Shown here: positions 9,901 to 17,926 of the stretch, one piece after another
Position numbering within the stretch: the first letter of the stretch is position 1
How the letters are laid out: every line of letters begins with the position of its first letter
NCBI GenBank assembly: GCA_030674875.1
Contig: JASXSU010000003.1
Coordinates: 504,076 to 536,075, forward strand
Origin: Candidatus Endonucleibacter sp. (ex Gigantidas childressi)
GTDB taxonomy: Bacteria > Pseudomonadota > Gammaproteobacteria > Pseudomonadales > Endozoicomonadaceae
Length of the DNA: 32,000 nt
Direction: 5' to 3'
The notes under the pieces: generated by a model
What the model was told of the DNA's origin: nothing
Seen by the model: the letters and a program-made list of their open reading frames with translations, nothing else
Databases searched by the model: none
Translations under genes and position numbers: made by a program

Positions 9901-10176
9901 AAGTTGTGTAAGTATTAAAAGTTATCATTGTCAATAACCACTATATTCGGTTATCATACCTACATTTGTGTTAAAAGTCTGTTATCTTATTGGTGGCAGC
10001 GAGGCAGTTCTCATTATAGGCGTAAATTAATAATGTTATAGTTGGCTTTGATGAATTATTCGTCTGATGCCAACTGACGAAAAGGCGCTCCAGGGGCTTA
10101 CTTAAGGTAATTAGTTAGTTTGTTGCTCTGGTTTTTTTAGATTGTTAGAGTTAGCGGCAGTTACAGATAGCCTTAA

Positions 10177-11232
<1,056 letters not shown>

Positions 11233-11398
11233 TTTCTTCTGAGTCAAATCCATCTATCTGGTTTGTTTGTTTTTAAAAATAGTAGGGTGTCTTGTTTTTT
11301 CTACATGAAAATTAATAGATTCTGTATGAGGCTCTTCGTGGAGGCTGTGAAAACCACAGGAGTAGATTATCGAGCATATCTTTAGTCGACGTAGGTCA

Positions 11399-12226
11399 TT
11401 GGCGACACAGTTCTTGCTGTTAACACTACTATCGTTAATATTGATGGTAGCCGATCATAATTTTAGTTACCTGAACCATGTTAAGGTGTGGCTTTCTGTG
11501 GCTGCGACCCCTATATATTGGTTGGCAGACGCACCATTTCGGATATCCGGCTTGGCCAGCAAGGCTGTTGCTTCCCATAGTCAATTAGTTGAAGACAATG
11601 CTCGTTTGAAAGCTAGAAACCTCATTCTTGAGCACAAAGTCCAGAAAATGGCCTCTATGACAGCCCAGAATATCCGTTTAAAGGAGCTACTGAACTCCTC
11701 TGAATTGGTTGATGAGGAGGTTGTTATTGCTGAAATTATCAGTGCTAACCCTGACCCTTTCTCCCATATTGTCATGCTTAATAAGGGCAGTGTAGATGGA
11801 GTCTTTCCCGGTCAGGCCATTGTTGATGCTCATGGTGTTATGGGGCAGGTTATTAAGGTCACGCTGGTTGCCAGCAAGGTTATGCTGATAACGGATACAT
11901 CGAGTAGAGTACCTATTCAGAGTAATAGAACTGCGTATCGTGCCATTGCTGCTGGAACTGGCAACTCTGATCAATTGGAATTACTACACGTTCCTAAAAC
12001 GGCTGATTTTAAAGAAGGAGATCTTCTTACTAGTTCTGGTTTGGGGCAACGCTACCCAGCAGGCTATCCTTTTGGCACAGTAAAAAGCGTAAAACATGAA
12101 CCAGGGCAGCTTTTTGCAACGATATTTGTTCAGCCTGTAGCCGAAATGAACCGAGGTCGCTTGGTGCTACTGGTGTTCAGAAAAGAAAAAGATGTTGTAA
12201 ATGATTCAAAGGAATTTGTACCGTGA
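11399..12226 (+). CDS. mreC: rod-shape determining protein MreC (true start probably upstream at 11366/11369)
   Basis: 275-aa ORF from TTG 11399. The in-frame upstream codons encode IIEHIFSRRRS, which matches the conserved MreC N-terminus (MKPIFSR in E. coli). These codons are bounded by TAG at 11363 and preceded by AGGAG at 11358-11362. Confidence 0.85.
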   Translation: MATQFLLLTLLSLILMVADHNFSYLNHVKVWLSVAATPIYWLADAPFRISGLASKAVASHSQLVEDNARLKARNLILEHKVQKMASMTAQNIRLKELLNSSELVDEEVVIAEIISANPDPFSHIVMLNKGSVDGVFPGQAIVDAHGVMGQVIKVTLVASKVMLITDTSSRVPIQSNRTAYRAIAAGTGNSDQLELLHVPKTADFKEGDLLTSSGLGQRYPAGYPFGTVKSVKHEPGQLFATIFVQPVAEMNRGRLVLLVFRKEKDVVNDSKEFVP

Positions 12227-12711
12227 GCGTTCAACCTTCTAATGCCCAGTGGGTTGTTTGGATTTCTTTGTTGGTTGCAGCAATTCTGAGTATTGTAACT
12301 TTACCTATATGGCTTTCAGTGGCAAGGCCTTTATGGGTGCCGATGGTGGTTGTGTATTGGGTGTTGGTAATGCCTAATCGATTCGGCTTGATCTTTGCAT
12401 TTTCTGTCGGTATTTTGCTTGATGTTCTCTTGGGTTTTTTGTTGGGAGTAAATGCTATTTGTTTGATGCTGCTAGCGTTTGTGACTTTGACTTTACATAG
12501 GCGCTTACGTATGTTTCCAATGTGGCAGCAAACGTTTGTTGTTTTTGTTTTGATCAATTGTCATCAGCTCCTGTATATTTGGGCCAAAAGCATTATGGGT
12601 TTATCGGAGCCCTCTCTTTGGTATCTGTTTCCATCAGTAAGTAGTGCGGTATTGTGGCCTTTGGTATTTGCTAGTTTAACCTTTATCAGGTCTTATTTTA
12701 AAGTCTCATAA
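12223..12711 (+). CDS. mreD: rod-shape determining protein MreD
   Basis: 162-aa polytopic membrane ORF with a GTG start that overlaps the mreC stop by 4 nt, in the canonical position after mreC. Confidence 0.8.
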   Translation: MSVQPSNAQWVVWISLLVAAILSIVTLPIWLSVARPLWVPMVVVYWVLVMPNRFGLIFAFSVGILLDVLLGFLLGVNAICLMLLAFVTLTLHRRLRMFPMWQQTFVVFVLINCHQLLYIWAKSIMGLSEPSLWYLFPSVSSAVLWPLVFASLTFIRSYFKVS

Positions 12712-12796
12712 AAATGCCGTAGAAAACTTTAAGAACAAGTTTGATTATGAGAAGCCAGATACAGGCATCGCCTTCTGAATTATCTACAATCAGTTT

Positions 12797-12814
12797 TATA
12801 CCGTTACCTTTAAG
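12797..12814 (+). repeat. solo TIR fragment of the MITE-like family
   Basis: TATACCGTTACCTTTAAG compared with the consensus TATACCCGTTACCATTGAAG. Confidence 0.4.
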
Positions 12815-13054
12815 TCTATCTACTGATATCAAAACCTCGGCAGCCTTACGGCATAAGCGAATATCTACATAAAAATCTCTATTTAGACTCTTAGATGCAT
12901 AGAGAATGCTCTATTTAGGGTGAGTATCAATAACTAATAGAGGCTTGACCAATACACAGAGCTGCCAGACAGTGATACGCACCTTGTGAGTGGGCTCGCA
13001 CTAATGAACAAATGAAGATATGATGTATGTACAAATGTAAATATAGGTATGAAC

Positions 13055-13297
13055 ATGCCCTTTGAGTGGGATGAGGCAAAAAAGTCCATAAACATCCAAA
13101 AGCACGGCATCGACTTTGCCGACGTGAAAGATATGTTTAATCCCTATGCTTACAACATTGGATAACCGTGAAGGCTACCAAGAAGAGTATGACGGATATC
13201 GTCGGATCAGTATCGGCTTGCGGTGGGGATTGTGGTTTCTACCGAACGAGAGGGCGATACCATACGTATTATCTCAGCCCGAAAAGAGACTACATAC
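13055..13297 (+). pseudogene. BrnT-type (DUF497) toxin pseudogene, at least 2 frameshifts, no BrnA partner
   Basis: MPFEWDEAKKSINIQKHGIDFADVKDMF runs into a stop. Homology then continues in other frames (LDNREGYQEE ... IVVSTEREGDTIRIISARKET), which follows the BrnT pattern FEWDxxKxxxNxxKHGxxF ... RIISAR. Confidence 0.65.
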
Positions 13298-13363
13298 CTA
13301 AATAATTTGGATTTGCTACAGGGCGGTAAATGGGAGAGGTTATGGAAGCTTAGTAGTACTTAG

Positions 13364-13420
13364 GAGCTGTGGTGAGTGAACGCTGACAATAAAGTAGCAA
13401 CTTCAAAGGCTACTAGTATA
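13364..13420 (-). repeat. MITE-like family, short variant (TIR subtype 2), reverse orientation
   Basis: The reverse complement TATACTAGTAGCCTTTGAAGTTGCTACTTTATTGTCAGCGTTCACTCACCACAGCTC parallels 13-78. Confidence 0.6.
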
Positions 13421-13536
13421 TGCCAGTTACAATTGTAGGTTCTGGTAAACGACAAGCAAGCGAAGCTTAGCGAGCCTAAGGGTAGTTGGTGATTGGTGCT
13501 CTAGTGAGAGCCGTCAACAACCTCACACCGAGTATA
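13417..13536 (-). repeat. MITE-like family, near-full copy, reverse orientation (one TIR truncated)
   Basis: TATATGCCAGTTACAATTGTAGG..GGTAAACGACAAGCAAGCGAAGC..CCTAAGGGTAGTTGGTGATTGGTGCTCTAGTGAGAGCCGTCAACAACCTCACACCGAGTATA. It overlaps the spurious N-terminal extension of the maf ORF. Confidence 0.8.
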
Positions 13537-13548
13537 ATTATTTTAGAT

Positions 13549-14166
13549 ATGTGTAATGATATGATTTATCTTGCCTCTCAATCCCCTCGTCGTAAACTTT
13601 TACTTGAACAAATCAAAGTGTTGTTTAAAAAGCTACCCAGTGAAATTGATGAAATACCATTCAATAAGGAGTTGCCCAAGGATTATGTGCTGAGGATGGC
13701 AATTGAAAAGGCAAAGAGTGGTTGGGCGAAAGTAGAGAAAGAAAATCTTCCTGTATATCCTGTACTGGCAGCTGATACTTCTGTGGTGGCAAATAACGAA
13801 ATATTAGGCAAACCTGCTGATCGAGATCATGCCTTTGATATGCTGACAAAGCTTAGAGGGCGTAGCCATCAGGTAATGACAGCAGTAGCCCTTACAAATG
13901 GTAAAAAGTATGAGACGTCATTATCTATTACTTTTGTAAAAATGGCACAGGTGTCAGATGAGAAAATTAAATCTTATATCGCTACTGGAGAGTCCATGGA
14001 CAAAGCAGGTGGTTACGCTATTCAAGGTATGGGAGCCATTTTGATTGAACGGATTGAGGGAAGTTATAGTGGTGCAGTTGGCTTGCCATTATATAGCACA
14101 GCAAAGTTATTAGAAGAGTTTGGCATTTCTGTTTGGCAAAGAAATAGCTCTGAATTAATACAATAA
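13549..14166 (+). CDS. maf: Maf-like nucleoside triphosphate pyrophosphatase (YhdE type)
   Basis: The sequence IYLASQSPRRKLLLEQI ... AADTSV ... GKP ... KAGGYAIQG matches the Maf family. The ORF track opens at TTG 13486, but that extension lies inside a repeat copy. ATG 13549 or 13561 is the likelier start. Confidence 0.85.
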   Translation: MCNDMIYLASQSPRRKLLLEQIKVLFKKLPSEIDEIPFNKELPKDYVLRMAIEKAKSGWAKVEKENLPVYPVLAADTSVVANNEILGKPADRDHAFDMLTKLRGRSHQVMTAVALTNGKKYETSLSITFVKMAQVSDEKIKSYIATGESMDKAGGYAIQGMGAILIERIEGSYSGAVGLPLYSTAKLLEEFGISVWQRNSSELIQ

Positions 14167-14171
14167 TAATC

Positions 14172-14233
14172 TATAGCCGTTACTATTGAAGGTGAGAGCA
14201 GTTAACTTATCCCCACTAGTGGTAATGGGTATA
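14172..14233 (+). repeat. MITE-like family, 62-bp short form (two TIRs, minimal core)
   Basis: TATAGCCGTTACTATTGAAGGTGAGAGCAGTTAACTTATCCCCACTAGTGGTAATGGGTATA, 6 nt after the maf stop. Confidence 0.8.
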
Positions 14234-14424
14234 TATTCACAGGGTACCTGTAAATCTACTGAAAATCATAAAAATAACAAGCACTGAAATAGCGATGGGT
14301 GCAGCATTTGGTAATCATCATACCGCAAACTAGATTCCGAGAAGTTGGCTTAGTTTGTGAAGCACTATCAAATATTGACGTGACATTTCTTTAATTTTCA
14401 TGTTGGCTTTGGCTTACATTTATA

Positions 14425-14583
14425 TTTGAAACCGCCATAAGCACCAAAACAACCATTGAAAATAAAAAAGCACTCTGATAACCGTTACTATAGTCGTTAC
14501 CATTAAAGGCATGAGTAGCCCCCATGAACCTAATACCCTATGAGCAACAGCAAGTGTTAAGGTGCGCAAGATAAGCCCACAAC
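14425..14583. repeat. left arm of a 159-bp inverted repeat (composite of two back-to-back MITE-family pieces)
   Basis: By hand alignment it is the reverse complement of 15733-15891 with 3 mismatches in 159. Internally, GATAACCGTTACTATAGTCGTTACCATTAAAGG shows two family TIRs meeting at a shared TATA. Confidence 0.9.
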
Positions 14584-14637
14584 CCAGCACTTACAAGGTA
14601 AATTGGTATATTAACAGTTTTTCACCATCGCCTTGTT

Positions 14638-15006
14638 TTAATACTCAATCTCATGAAAACTATCGATCTTTTTCAAAATACTTTTACCATCAATGATATT
14701 AGGTACTATTGGTATTAATGAAGCAATACCACTGAGCTCTATTAATGACATTATGCCTGTGGTTATATTGCAAAAAATCATCATTTTAAATAAAGGAACT
14801 TTTTGCTTAGCTTTGATAAAAACCTGAAGACCAGCGATAGTCGTACTTTGTAGTTGAGAGCCATCAATCAATAGGTGCTTGTTGTAATTACTTACAATGA
14901 ACTCTAGGTACCTATCAACCACTCCAGCATTGCTAGCGTCAATAGCGCCAATTATGTCCAGCAATATATAGTTATTATGTTCTTCCAAGTTAATTGTGAG
15001 TGCCAT
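14638..15006 (-). CDS. STAS-domain protein (anti-sigma-factor-antagonist/SpoIIAA-like fold), orphan
   Basis: 122-aa ORF with a strong SD (AGGAG, 7-nt spacer). It aligns by eye to the SpoIIAA/STAS pattern (LLDIIGAIDASNAG ... LLIDGSQLQSTTIAGLQVF ... LIELSGI). The usual DSSG phospho-serine motif is replaced by TTIAG. Confidence 0.55.
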   Translation of the reverse strand: MALTINLEEHNNYILLDIIGAIDASNAGVVDRYLEFIVSNYNKHLLIDGSQLQSTTIAGLQVFIKAKQKVPLFKMMIFCNITTGIMSLIELSGIASLIPIVPNIIDGKSILKKIDSFHEIEY

Positions 15007-15115
15007 TAGAAACTCCTATCATATAATTCCAAGTTCAGAAAAACTTCCTGTGATTCGTTGTTATAATAAAGATCTTATGACAATATGCGTAGAAATAGCA
15101 TAACTGATAGGTTAG

Positions 15116-15243
15116 TAATGCTAACTATGGAGGTAGGTAGGCGGCCAGAGAGTAAAGCCTCATGAGGCTACGAGTAGTAGGTGGTTAATATGGAAGTAAT
15201 TTGCTTGTCGGATATTATCGTATTCAATGATAGCTGGTATATA
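15116..15243 (-). repeat. MITE-like family, degenerate full copy, reverse orientation
   Basis: GGTAGGCGGCCAGAGAGTAAAGCCTCATGAGGCTACGAGTAGTAGGTGGTT ... CGTATTCAATGATAGCTGGTATA. It lies immediately 5' of metH fragment Y. Confidence 0.7.
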
Positions 15244-15250
15244 CAGATTA

Positions 15251-15298
15251 CCCTTGGCTGCCAATTACCAAGGCATCCGCCCTGCTCTAGGTTATCCA
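15251..15298 (+). pseudogene. metH: metH (B12-dependent methionine synthase) relic, fragment Y
   Basis: It translates to PLAANYQGIRPALGYP, compared with the highly conserved MetH activation-domain motif ENYQGIRPAPGYPA. It has no start and is truncated on both sides. Confidence 0.6.
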
Positions 15299-15506
15299 TC
15301 CACCAGTGATTATTCAACACCATGCTTCTGTTGGCTTCAACTACCAAGCGACCGAAAGCTCAATTTTCAAGTTGGGTTGGTCTCACGGATTCGAAAATTC
15401 TATTGAAGGTCCAATGATTGGCTTTGGTGGACCACAGGCGGGGACTAAAGTAAAAAGTGAAATGTCAACTGATTCACTTCTACTGGGTTACAAATACACA
15501 CTCTAA
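15291..15506 (+). pseudogene. C-terminal relic of an OMPP1/FadL/TodX-family outer-membrane channel
   Basis: VIHPPVIIQHHASVGFNYQ ... SHGFENSIEG ... EMSTDSLLLGYKYTL-stop resembles the last beta-strands of FadL-family proteins. A strong terminator follows. There is no upstream remainder, because stop codons and a different gene relic lie immediately 5'. Confidence 0.45.
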
Positions 15507-15528
15507 ACCAAGTTTTTGATTTCTAAAA

Positions 15529-15558
15529 GGCGACTCATTAATGAGTCGCCTTTTTTTT
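15529..15558 (+). terminator. rho-independent terminator
   Basis: Perfect 11-bp-arm palindrome GGCGACTCATT/AATGAGTCGCC followed by T8 and preceded by A4. It lies 23 nt after the stop of the FadL-like relic. Confidence 0.8.
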
Positions 15559-15581
15559 GCCTTAGCCTTTTAAAATGATAA

Positions 15582-15733
15582 AAAAGTGGAATCGATGACT
15601 GGATGGGTTGTTTTTCGATTACGGCTGGGCTGGGCGAAGAGTTGGCTAACGCCAACTTAAAGAGTAAGTGGATGATTACAGTGCCCTACTTGATAAAAGT
15701 TTATCCGATCGCTTTGCCGAAGCATTTGCTGAG
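15582..15733 (+). pseudogene. metH: metH relic, fragment X (one frameshift)
   Basis: KSGIDDWMGCFSITAGLGEELANA, then after a frameshift DDYSALLDKSLSDRFAEAFAE. Compare E. coli MetH [48 protein letters not shown]. Homology stops exactly at the inner edge of the right 159-bp repeat arm. Confidence 0.7.
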
Positions 15734-15891
15734 TTGTGGGCTTATCTTGCGCACCTTAACACTTGCTGTTATTCATAGGGCATTAGGTTCATGGGGGCTA
15801 CTCATGCCTTTAATGGTAACGACTATAGTAACGGTTATCAGAGTGCTTTTTTATTTTCAATGGTTGTTTTGGTGCTTATGGCGGTTTCAAA
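15733..15891. repeat. right arm of the 159-bp inverted repeat
   Basis: See the left arm. The spurious 114-aa ORF at 15603..15947 runs through it. Confidence 0.9.
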
Positions 15892-15923
15892 CAATTCTAT
15901 TATTGTCGTTTTTCTTAAGTTTT

Positions 15924-17621
15924 TTATTTGGAAATCTTGGAGATTAGCAGGGTAATTTCCGGCAGTTTCAGGGTTTTTAGAATGGTCTTTGCAAAAGATT
16001 CTGAGCTGTTGATAGTCTTTGCCAAAGTTTCTACCGACGAATCTTGTAACATGTTGAAGCTAGAGTAATGTTGAACAAGAAGAGCAGTGCGCTCACGACC
16101 AATGCCGGGAAGGCTGATAGCTCGTATACGTTGTTGAAATGGTAACTGACTAGCGATTGCTAGTGCTGTTTGTAACTGTTTTGTTTTTAGTAGAGTCAAT
16201 CCTGCTTTGTGTAAGTCATCATTGCTGAGCTCAAATAGATCCGCAAGTGAATTTATTTTTCTCATGTTTATTAGTTTTGTGAGGATGGGTTTGTGTAGGT
16301 GTGGTAAATTTAGGCCATTCTTGCCTGTGAGCCAGAGCAGTCTGGCTAAAAATTGTTCTTCACATTTATGGTTTGGGGTGAAGCAGCTAAAGCTGTTATA
16401 AAAATCAGTATCTGGAAGTGATGGTGTGGGGTGACCAGTGCCGTGGGTAAGGATACGATTAAATACTGGGGTTGCTTGCCCTTGAAGCTGAATCATAATG
16501 TGATCGCCAATGGCGATTCCTTTTTTGTGGAGGGTGTTAATACTGCCCAAAGAAACTGATGATATAGACTGATTACGTATATGGACTTTTTCGATCTTAA
16601 GAACAGGAGTCACTCTACCTAGTCGACCAATCGAAAAGGTAATATCTACTACTTTGCTTACTGCAGTCTGTGCTGGAAATTTCCAAGCCAGTGCCCAGCG
16701 CATAGTAGCTTTAGTTTCTCCCCATTCTTTTCTAATACCGATATCGTCTAATTTGATGACGATTCCGTCTAACAAGAATGGAAGGGTTTTTGATGGATCT
16801 AGATAGTGCTTTCTGAGTCTTTCAATATCTTTGAAGGAGCTAACTTTGTGGGTATATGATTTAGCCCATGCGAATCCCGCTGTTGCTAGGGCTGAGATGC
16901 TTTGTTGGTCTGAAAGATACGGCGTATTAACCCAGCGCCATGGGAAAAAGTCAAGTATGGCCATGGCATGTTTGTCTGTTTCTCCACGATTAATATGACC
17001 AGAAACAAAGTGACGAGCTGAACCATAACCTCTGATTTCGCTATCCATTTGATCGATCCTTGCAAATAGTTCTCCGTGAAGTATTACTTGCTCCTTAATT
17101 GGTATTTCCTTGGGAATTGCAGGTATCATGTATACTTGCTGGATGATGCTCAGGCCACGTCTGCCATCTCCTCTGGTTGAGCTGGATTGAAGTTTCCCAT
17201 TGTTATAAACCAGTTCTATGGCAATGCCATCAATTTTTGGCTGTAGTAAAATTATTTTATTATTTGCTTTGGTCAAAAAATCTTTTATTTTTTCTTCTTT
17301 AGTTACCTTATCTAGGCTGCCCATATTGGCGTGATGCTGTTCGATTTTCCCTTTTAGGTGCTGGTGAAATGAAATGTCTGATTTGTGTAGAGGAAAGCAT
17401 TGCTGCAAATCTATCAGATATGCTTTTAGCTGATCGTACTCTGTGTCAGAAATCTGTGCCCTGTGCTGATTGAAGTATAGGTCATCGTGGTGTCTGATTT
17501 CTGATTCTAGTTCTGTGAGTTTCTTTTTTGCGTCAGTGTCTTGCTGTTCTGGGCATTGAATTCCCATGGCTATTGTGGGCAGTAACCATAAAAATAATAC
17601 TCTTATTATGTATCTATTCAT
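15924..17621 (-). CDS. ligB: NAD-dependent DNA ligase LigB
   Basis: 565-aa ORF. It has a hydrophobic signal-like N-terminus followed by CPEQQ, as in E. coli LigB, and a ligase adenylation motif region (LQPKIDGIAIELVY). It is shorter than LigA and lacks BRCT. Confidence 0.85.
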   Translation of the reverse strand: MNRYIIRVLFLWLLPTIAMGIQCPEQQDTDAKKKLTELESEIRHHDDLYFNQHRAQISDTEYDQLKAYLIDLQQCFPLHKSDISFHQHLKGKIEQHHANMGSLDKVTKEEKIKDFLTKANNKIILLQPKIDGIAIELVYNNGKLQSSSTRGDGRRGLSIIQQVYMIPAIPKEIPIKEQVILHGELFARIDQMDSEIRGYGSARHFVSGHINRGETDKHAMAILDFFPWRWVNTPYLSDQQSISALATAGFAWAKSYTHKVSSFKDIERLRKHYLDPSKTLPFLLDGIVIKLDDIGIRKEWGETKATMRWALAWKFPAQTAVSKVVDITFSIGRLGRVTPVLKIEKVHIRNQSISSVSLGSINTLHKKGIAIGDHIMIQLQGQATPVFNRILTHGTGHPTPSLPDTDFYNSFSCFTPNHKCEEQFLARLLWLTGKNGLNLPHLHKPILTKLINMRKINSLADLFELSNDDLHKAGLTLLKTKQLQTALAIASQLPFQQRIRAISLPGIGRERTALLVQHYSSFNMLQDSSVETLAKTINSSESFAKTILKTLKLPEITLLISKISK

Positions 17622-17762
17622 TCCGGTAGTTGCTTTGTTTATACTAGTTATGCCGAATTTATATACTAAGTGCTACACCCAATTTAATAAAAACGATGAA
17701 CTGAGATACCCTTAGTTTTTTGCTCCAATCACGAAGTAAAAACCTATGAAGTATCAACAGCT

Positions 17763-17886
17763 CACCGAGGGTGATGGATACTTAGTATCGAAGGTGTCGG
17801 TAGGCGACAATCGCCTATAAGTGCAAGTGATTGGGGTGAGTGAGAGCAGCCAACAACCCCATACACCTTCAATGGTGATGGGTATA
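17763..17886 (-). repeat. MITE-like family: solo TIR (17763-17780) fused to a reverse-orientation copy with a shortened core (17778-17886)
   Basis: CACCGAGGGTGATGGATA, then ATACTTAGTATCGAAGGTGTCGGTAGGCGACAATCGCCTATAAGTGCAAGTGATTGGGGTGAGTGAGAGCAGCCAACAACCCCATACACCTTCAATGGTGATGGGTATA. Confidence 0.85.
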
Positions 17887-17926
17887 GTTAGTGCTATCTT
17901 GTCATAATGCTTTTATTTTAATGATC

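Noticed and set aside
13486-13548. Long N-terminal extensions offered by the ORF track (maf 13486, ycgB 19531, yeaH 20756, TSUP 24633, lgt 25458, thyA 26519, trpG 3489)
   Set aside because: The extensions use TTG or other distal starts, run into repeats or upstream genes, and are not collinear with the well-conserved N-termini of the families. Internal ATG/GTG starts fit better.
14584-14668. A fourth metH piece (STYKVNWY...ENYR) directly after the left repeat arm, which would make the interior look like a circular permutation of metH
   Set aside because: Only about 7 identities over about 28 residues (KV.W.Y ... ENY), with a gap. It partly overlaps the 3' end of the intact STAS ORF on the other strand, so it is too weak to separate from chance after scanning six frames.
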